A stretch of DNA of 64,000 nt, taken from the NCBI GenBank assembly GCA_035541135.1, contig DATKNW010000041.1, positions 30,565 to 94,564 on the forward strand. The letters run 5' to 3'. The notes under the pieces are model-generated. The model did not search any database, was not told the origin of the DNA, and was given only the letters and a program-made list of their open reading frames with translations. Numbering within the stretch: position 1 is the stretch's first letter; each line of letters opens with the position of its first letter. The DNA comes from Verrucomicrobiia bacterium (GTDB lineage: Bacteria; Verrucomicrobiota; Verrucomicrobiia; Palsa-1439). A program made the translations under genes and the position numbers. This document shows, in pieces, positions 59,384-64,000 of this stretch.

Positions 59384-60013
59384 TTGTCCAAGAAGCGGCA
59401 GCTCGCTAGACTGCGGGGTCAAATGAGCGACGACAAGGCGATTGTGCCCGTCGAACGAATCGAGCGGTTGATCTATCTGATTCGCGGACAGAAAGTGATG
59501 CTCGATTCTGACCTAGCGGAAATATATGGGGTCACGACGAAACGATTGAACGAACAGGTCGCGCGAAATGTGGAACGCTTCCCGCTTGATTTTGCATTTC
59601 AGCTTACGCGGCAAGAGGTTACACATTTGAGGTCGCAAATTGCGACCTCAAAGAAGGGGCGAGGCGGGCGTCGGTACCAGCCGTATGTTTTCACCGAGCA
59701 CGGGGCGATCATGCTGGCCAGTGTGCTCAACAGCCCGGTGGCGGTGCGGGCCAGCGTCCGGGTCGTGCGGGCGTTCGTGCGGCTGCGGGAGATGTTGGCA
59801 TCGAATCGGGAACTCGCGCAGAAGCTGGCCGAATTGGAAACGAAGTTCGAAGGCCACGACGACGCGATCCGCAGTTTGTTTGAAGCCATCCGCCAACTTC
59901 TCGCAACGCCGGAGCCGAAGCGCCGCAAGATCGGGTTCCATGTCAGGGAGAAGCGGGCGCGGTACGCTGTGCGTGGTGGCGGCGGCAGGAATTCGCAGCG
60001 GCGGCGGATGTAA
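59384..60013 (+). CDS. ORF6N (KilA-N-like) domain protein
   Basis: Block IERLIYLIRGQKVMLDSDLAEIYGVTTKRLNEQVARNVERFPLDFAFQLTRQE...TSKKGRGGRRYQPYVFTEHGAIMLASVLNS is typical of ORF6N-domain proteins. The C-terminal half is helical and charged (KLAELETKFEGHDDAIRSLFEAIRQLL). Confidence 0.75.
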   Translation: MSKKRQLARLRGQMSDDKAIVPVERIERLIYLIRGQKVMLDSDLAEIYGVTTKRLNEQVARNVERFPLDFAFQLTRQEVTHLRSQIATSKKGRGGRRYQPYVFTEHGAIMLASVLNSPVAVRASVRVVRAFVRLREMLASNRELAQKLAELETKFEGHDDAIRSLFEAIRQLLATPEPKRRKIGFHVREKRARYAVRGGGGRNSQRRRM

Positions 60014-60042
60014 TGGGTCAGAGTGGCAAGGAGACGCGACCA

Positions 60043-60396
60043 ATGATCATTCATGATCTAACGGACAACGAGGGACGCGTATTCGCCTTTGAAATAGAGG
60101 ACTTTCAGTTTGGCAGAGAGAGCGTTTGCAGGTTGGTTCAGTCCATTCCGGGCGCACACGTTCTTCGATCACCGAAGAGGTATTTGTCCTGGTTTCGAGA
60201 AGACGTGTTTTGTGAGTTTGAACTACATGGTAAGAGCTTTCGGGCGTGGGAGCCGTTCGGAGATAACAATCGCTATTGGATTGGTCCAGAGCCACCAAAG
60301 TGGTGCGAGGAGATCGGATTAGTTCGTGAAGCCTTCTTGAAGCAGTCACCGGAACCCCGGAAGGGGATCGTCGCGTTGCTGTTTTCGAAGTGGTGA
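60043..60396 (+). CDS. hypothetical small protein, probably co-translated with the ORF6N gene
   Basis: ORF 60013..60396 overlaps the ORF6N stop (TAATG). The internal ATG at 60043 is preceded by AAGGAG with 9-nt spacing (ggcaaggagacgcgaccaATG). Product MIIHDLTDNEGRVFAFEIEDFQFGRE... (117 aa, Trp/Phe-rich, no recognised family). Confidence 0.5.
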   Translation: MIIHDLTDNEGRVFAFEIEDFQFGRESVCRLVQSIPGAHVLRSPKRYLSWFREDVFCEFELHGKSFRAWEPFGDNNRYWIGPEPPKWCEEIGLVREAFLKQSPEPRKGIVALLFSKW

Positions 60397-61133
60397 TGTG
60401 TCAACTGATCGCAGCGGAGACTTCAGCTTTGATCAAGACGGGGCTCATTTGAATCTCTTCGGCCCGCCGGTCCAGGTTCTCGCTTCAATTACCCGTAAAT
60501 GAGACAAGCCCTCGAAGCTGTTGTCGCTATTATTTTCCGTGTTTCGGGGTAAAGTTGGCCCGGTATGCGGAGTCGGCACGGCATGGAAGATGGTCGATGG
60601 GAGATGCCCCCGAGGGAGAAGGGGGAAAGTGGACTGGAGACCTATCGGTCCGATAGTGCGCGCGGTCGGGAGACCTGCGCACAACATACTTGGGATCGGG
60701 CAAGGTCGGAACGGCAAAGCGCCGACCCGTCGACCCCGCTCAGGACGAGCGAGTCGGCGCACTCCAAAAAGGTCGACACGATGGCATTGCCCCCCTCCCC
60801 CCTATTTCTGCGAAACGAAGCCAACGCTTTTCGGGGAACGTTGCTTGTGCATGCCACAGTCGGACAAGGGGTTACGGAAACCAAAAACGCGAAAAACGCG
60901 TTGGCTTCGTTTGGCTTCGTTTTGGGGTCCCGAGTGCCCGTTAGAGGTGTTCTGATGAGGGGTTGTGAGCCGAGATTGGCGATGGTGTGGCGTGCTACGG
61001 ACTGCTTCGGAAAGTACGTTGACAGAGGGGGTGAGTTTGATAGAGTGCCCATGGCGTTACCCCCGTTGATTTGGGAAGTTGGCTCCTGCCTCTCGACAGG
61101 CAGTACAAACTCACAAAGAGGAAGTTTAAGAAC

Positions 61134-63911
61134 ATGGCTACGAAATTGAAATCGAAGAGTTCAGGCAAGAAGTCGTCGAAGTACGTCTATTTCTTCGGCG
61201 GTGGCAAGGCGGATGGCAACGGCGGGCAGAAGCCGTTGCTCGGAGGCAAGGGCGCGAACCTGCATGAGATGACACGGATCGGGCTGCCGGTGCCGCCGGG
61301 ATTCACGATCACGACGGAAGTCTGCACGTACTACTACGCGAACAAGAAGTCCTATCCGAAGGTGTTGACCGAGCAGGTGAACGTGGCGCTGGCGAAACTC
61401 GAAGCGGTCACGGGCAAGAAATTCGGCGACCGTCAGAACCCGCTGCTGGTGTCGGTGCGCTCGGGGGCGCGGGAGTCGATGCCCGGGATGATGGACACGA
61501 TTTTGAATCTCGGACTGAACGACGAGACGGTGGAAGTGCTCGCCAAGAAATCGGGTAACGCGCGTTGGGCGTGGGATTGTTATCGCCGCTTCGTGCAGAT
61601 GTACGGCGACGTCGTCATGGGCGTGCAGAAGCAGGGCAAGGACGACCACGAGCCGTTTGACGAGGTGATGGACCATCTCAAGGAAGAAGCCGGCGTCAAA
61701 GAGGACACGGAACTGAGCGCCAAGGAATTGCGCGTCCTCGTCGACCGGTTCAAGGACCTGATCCAGAAGCGCACGGGCAAAGACTTCCCGCAGGACCCGG
61801 TGAAACAGCTCTGGGGCGCGGTGGGCGCGGTGTTCGGTTCGTGGATGAACGATCGGGCGATCGTGTATCGCCGCAAATACCATATCCCGCACGACTGGGG
61901 CACGGCGGTCAGCGTCCAGACGATGGTGTTTGGCAATCTCGGCGACACGAGCGCGACGGGCGTGGCGTTCACGCGCGACCCGGCGTCGGGCGAGAAAGTG
62001 TTTTATGGCGAATATCTGATCAACGCGCAGGGCGAAGACGTCGTCGCGGGCACGCGGACGCCGCAGCCGATTGCGAAGCTTAAATTGGAAATGCCCAAGG
62101 CGCACGCCGAACTCGTCAACGTCTGCAAGACGCTGGAGAGCCGGTTCAAGGACATGCAGGATTTCGAGTTCACCGTCGAAGACAACAAGCTGTACATGCT
62201 CCAGACGCGCAACGGCAAGCGCACGGGCCTGGCCGCGGTGCGCATCGCCGTCGAGATGGTCGAGGAGAAGGTCATCGACTGGAAGGAAGCGGTCGGCCGC
62301 GTGCCGGCGGATTCCCTGACGCAGGTGCTCGCGCCGATTTTCGACCGCAAAGACCGCGACGCTGCCGTGAAGGGCGGACGATTCCTTTGCAAGGGTCTCC
62401 CGGCGGGTCCCGGCGCGGCTTCGGGCCGGGTGGTGTTCAACGCGGAAGACGCGGTGGCGCGCGCCCACAAGGGTGAACGCGTGTTGCTGTGCCGCGTGGA
62501 GACGAGTCCCGAAGATTTGCGCGGGATGATCGCCGCGGACGGCATTCTCACGGCGCGCGGTGGCGTCTCGTCGCATGCGGCGCTCGTGGCGCGTCAGATG
62601 GGCAAGATCTGCGTGTGCGGCGCGTCGGACATCGTGGTCGATTACACGGCGCGCGTCATGCAGGTGGCGGGCCGCACGATCAAGGAAGGCGATTTCATTT
62701 CGATCGACGGCACGCTGGGCGAAGTGTACGAGGGCGAGCTCAAGACCGCGCCCAGCGAAGTCGTGCAGGTATTGGTCGCCAAGTCGCTCGATCCGAAGCA
62801 GGCGCCGACGTTTCAGCGGTTCGAGAAGTTGATGAAGTGGGCGGACAAGATTCGCCGGCTCGGCATCCGCACCAACGCGGACCAGCCCGACCAGGCGGCC
62901 AACGCGATTGCGTTCGGCGCGACGGGGATCGGTCTGTGCCGCACCGAGCACATGTTCTTCGAAGGCGACCGGATCTACGCGATGCGCGAGATGATCATCG
63001 CCGAGACGAAGGAAGCGCGTGAGGAAGCGCTGAAGAAATTGTTGCCGCTGCAGCGGGATGACTTTGCCGGCATCTTCCGCGCCATGAAGGGTTACCCGGT
63101 GACCATCCGCACGCTCGATCCGCCGTTGCACGAGTTCCTGCCGCACGACGACGAGACGCAACGCGAGACGGCGCACAAGCTGGGCATCAGCCCGGAGAAA
63201 GTGGCGGCGCGCGTGGCGGCCTTGCACGAAGCGAACCCGATGCTCGGACATCGCGGATGCCGGTTGGGGATCACCTATCCCGAGATCACCGAGATGCAGA
63301 CGCGGGCGATCATCGAGGCGGCGATCCAGGTGCGCAAGGAAGGCATTCCCGTCAAGCCCGAGATCATGATCGTGCTGGTCGGGTTCCCGAAGGAACTGCA
63401 GAACCAGTTGGAAATTGTCAATGCCACGGCCAAGAAGGTCATGGAAGAGAAGAAGACCCGGATTGACTACCTGGTCGGCACCATGATCGAGATTCCGCGG
63501 GGTGCGTTGTGCGCCGACGAGATTGCGAAGGACGCGCACTTCTTCAGCTTCGGCACGAACGATCTCACGCAGACCACGCTGGGCATGAGCCGCGACGACA
63601 GCGGCTCGTTCCTGCCGCATTATCAGGAGCTGGAAATCGTCAAGCGCAACCCGTTTGAGGCGATTGACCAGGCGGGCGTCGGCCAGCTGATGCAGATCGC
63701 CATCGAGAAGGGCCGCAAGACGCGTCCCGACATCAAGCTCGGCATCTGCGGCGAGCACGGCGGCGAGCCGACGTCGGTGGAGTTCTGCCATCGGATCGGG
63801 CTGACGTATGTGAGCTGCAGTCCGTTCCGAGTGCCCGTGGCAAGACTTGCCGCGGCGCAGGCGGCGCTGAAGGACCAAAAAGCCGGCGGTAAAGGGCGCG
63901 AGATCAGCTAA
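61134..63911 (+). CDS. ppdK: pyruvate, phosphate dikinase
   Basis: ATG at 61134 preceded by agaggaag (ORF 61071 starts earlier). Hallmark N-terminus [46 protein letters not shown]. Also the central phospho-His domain and the C-terminal PEP-utilising TIM-barrel blocks (GGRTSHAA-equivalent [15 protein letters not shown]; NDLTQ). Confidence 0.95.
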   Translation: MATKLKSKSSGKKSSKYVYFFGGGKADGNGGQKPLLGGKGANLHEMTRIGLPVPPGFTITTEVCTYYYANKKSYPKVLTEQVNVALAKLEAVTGKKFGDRQNPLLVSVRSGARESMPGMMDTILNLGLNDETVEVLAKKSGNARWAWDCYRRFVQMYGDVVMGVQKQGKDDHEPFDEVMDHLKEEAGVKEDTELSAKELRVLVDRFKDLIQKRTGKDFPQDPVKQLWGAVGAVFGSWMNDRAIVYRRKYHIPHDWGTAVSVQTMVFGNLGDTSATGVAFTRDPASGEKVFYGEYLINAQGEDVVAGTRTPQPIAKLKLEMPKAHAELVNVCKTLESRFKDMQDFEFTVEDNKLYMLQTRNGKRTGLAAVRIAVEMVEEKVIDWKEAVGRVPADSLTQVLAPIFDRKDRDAAVKGGRFLCKGLPAGPGAASGRVVFNAEDAVARAHKGERVLLCRVETSPEDLRGMIAADGILTARGGVSSHAALVARQMGKICVCGASDIVVDYTARVMQVAGRTIKEGDFISIDGTLGEVYEGELKTAPSEVVQVLVAKSLDPKQAPTFQRFEKLMKWADKIRRLGIRTNADQPDQAANAIAFGATGIGLCRTEHMFFEGDRIYAMREMIIAETKEAREEALKKLLPLQRDDFAGIFRAMKGYPVTIRTLDPPLHEFLPHDDETQRETAHKLGISPEKVAARVAALHEANPMLGHRGCRLGITYPEITEMQTRAIIEAAIQVRKEGIPVKPEIMIVLVGFPKELQNQLEIVNATAKKVMEEKKTRIDYLVGTMIEIPRGALCADEIAKDAHFFSFGTNDLTQTTLGMSRDDSGSFLPHYQELEIVKRNPFEAIDQAGVGQLMQIAIEKGRKTRPDIKLGICGEHGGEPTSVEFCHRIGLTYVSCSPFRVPVARLAAAQAALKDQKAGGKGREIS

Positions 63912-64000
63912 ATCGCCCAAAAACAGCGAAAATTGCACAGGGCCGGGTCGGTGACCCGGCCCTGTTCATTTTGGCGCAGGTGTTGCTTTGAACCAAAAGC

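Noticed and set aside
60397-61133. Possible tmRNA, RNase P RNA or SRP RNA in the 737-nt gap before ppdK
   Set aside because: GGGGGAAAGTGGACTGGAG loosely resembles the RNase P GGAAAGTCCGG element, but the other universally conserved RNase P blocks are absent. There is no tRNA-like 3' end or tag-reading frame for tmRNA, and no SRP domain IV motif. Kept only as an unclassified structured region.
60565-61149. 194-aa ORF covering the ppdK upstream region
   Set aside because: Product is Arg/Gly-rich low-complexity (MRSRHGMEDGRWEMPPREKGESG...). There is no RBS and it overlaps the strong ppdK RBS and start. The region shows RNA-structure signals instead.
45467-63938. Long antisense ORFs in the right half (45467..46279 +, 47057..48034 +, 54763..55449 +, 55337..56953 +, 56899..57885 +, 58138..59280 +, 61161..63938 -)
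   Set aside because: They are opposite to confidently assigned genes (lyase-like protein, CP-ATP-grasp-like, acyl-CoA synthetase, proA, proB, ppdK). The 925-aa ORF antisense to ppdK is a textbook GC artefact.
1-64000. CRISPR arrays, rRNA genes, IS elements with terminal inverted repeats
   Set aside because: No regularly spaced short direct repeats, no rRNA-like conserved stretches and no transposase ORFs were seen. The only tandem repeats are coding (GloVer and beta-strand repeats).

Overview
This is a high-GC bacterial chromosome segment. The gene content points to Verrucomicrobiota or Planctomycetota (inference from H-X9-DG/DUF1559 pseudopilins, a PEP-CTERM protein, GloVer repeats and PKD/FN3/InlB-repeat giant surface proteins). 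Most of the window is one large glycan-utilisation locus. Positions 1-22.8 kb carry tightly packed minus-strand genes: two cysteine-rich pseudopilins, each paired with a membrane-anchored CxxC protein, then a Na+/solute symporter, a LamG protein, two giant multidomain lyase-like surface proteins, a heparinase II/III-like lyase and two further secreted enzymes. Positions 23.3-30.6 kb hold two giant beta-strand-repeat surface proteins, one ending in PEP-CTERM and one ending in a conserved ~140-aa C-terminal domain. Positions 30.8-41.8 kb hold a LacI regulator and a plus-strand block of cytoplasmic enzymes (heparinase II/III-like, GH3, GH97, HAD hydrolase, GH127-like). A further lyase/discoidin surface protein, a 2-hydroxyacid dehydrogenase and an alpha/beta-hydrolase-like paralog close the locus on the right; the hydrolase-like protein is a paralog of the gene truncated at the left window edge. 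The right flank has a beta-helix protein, two membrane-anchored helical-repeat paralogs, a tyrosine integrase next to tRNA-Gly(UCC), a circularly-permuted-ATP-grasp-like gene with an acyl-CoA synthetase, proBA, an ORF6N gene with an upstream pseudo-copy, and ppdK behind a long structured leader. A 14-16 bp palindrome (ATGCAT-ACTG-ATGCAT) recurs upstream of several transcription units. The ~140-aa C-terminal domain is shared at near-identical nucleotide sequence by four giant surface proteins. No CRISPR array or rRNA is present. Most long plus-strand ORFs in 1-30 kb and most antisense ORFs elsewhere are GC-driven artefacts.
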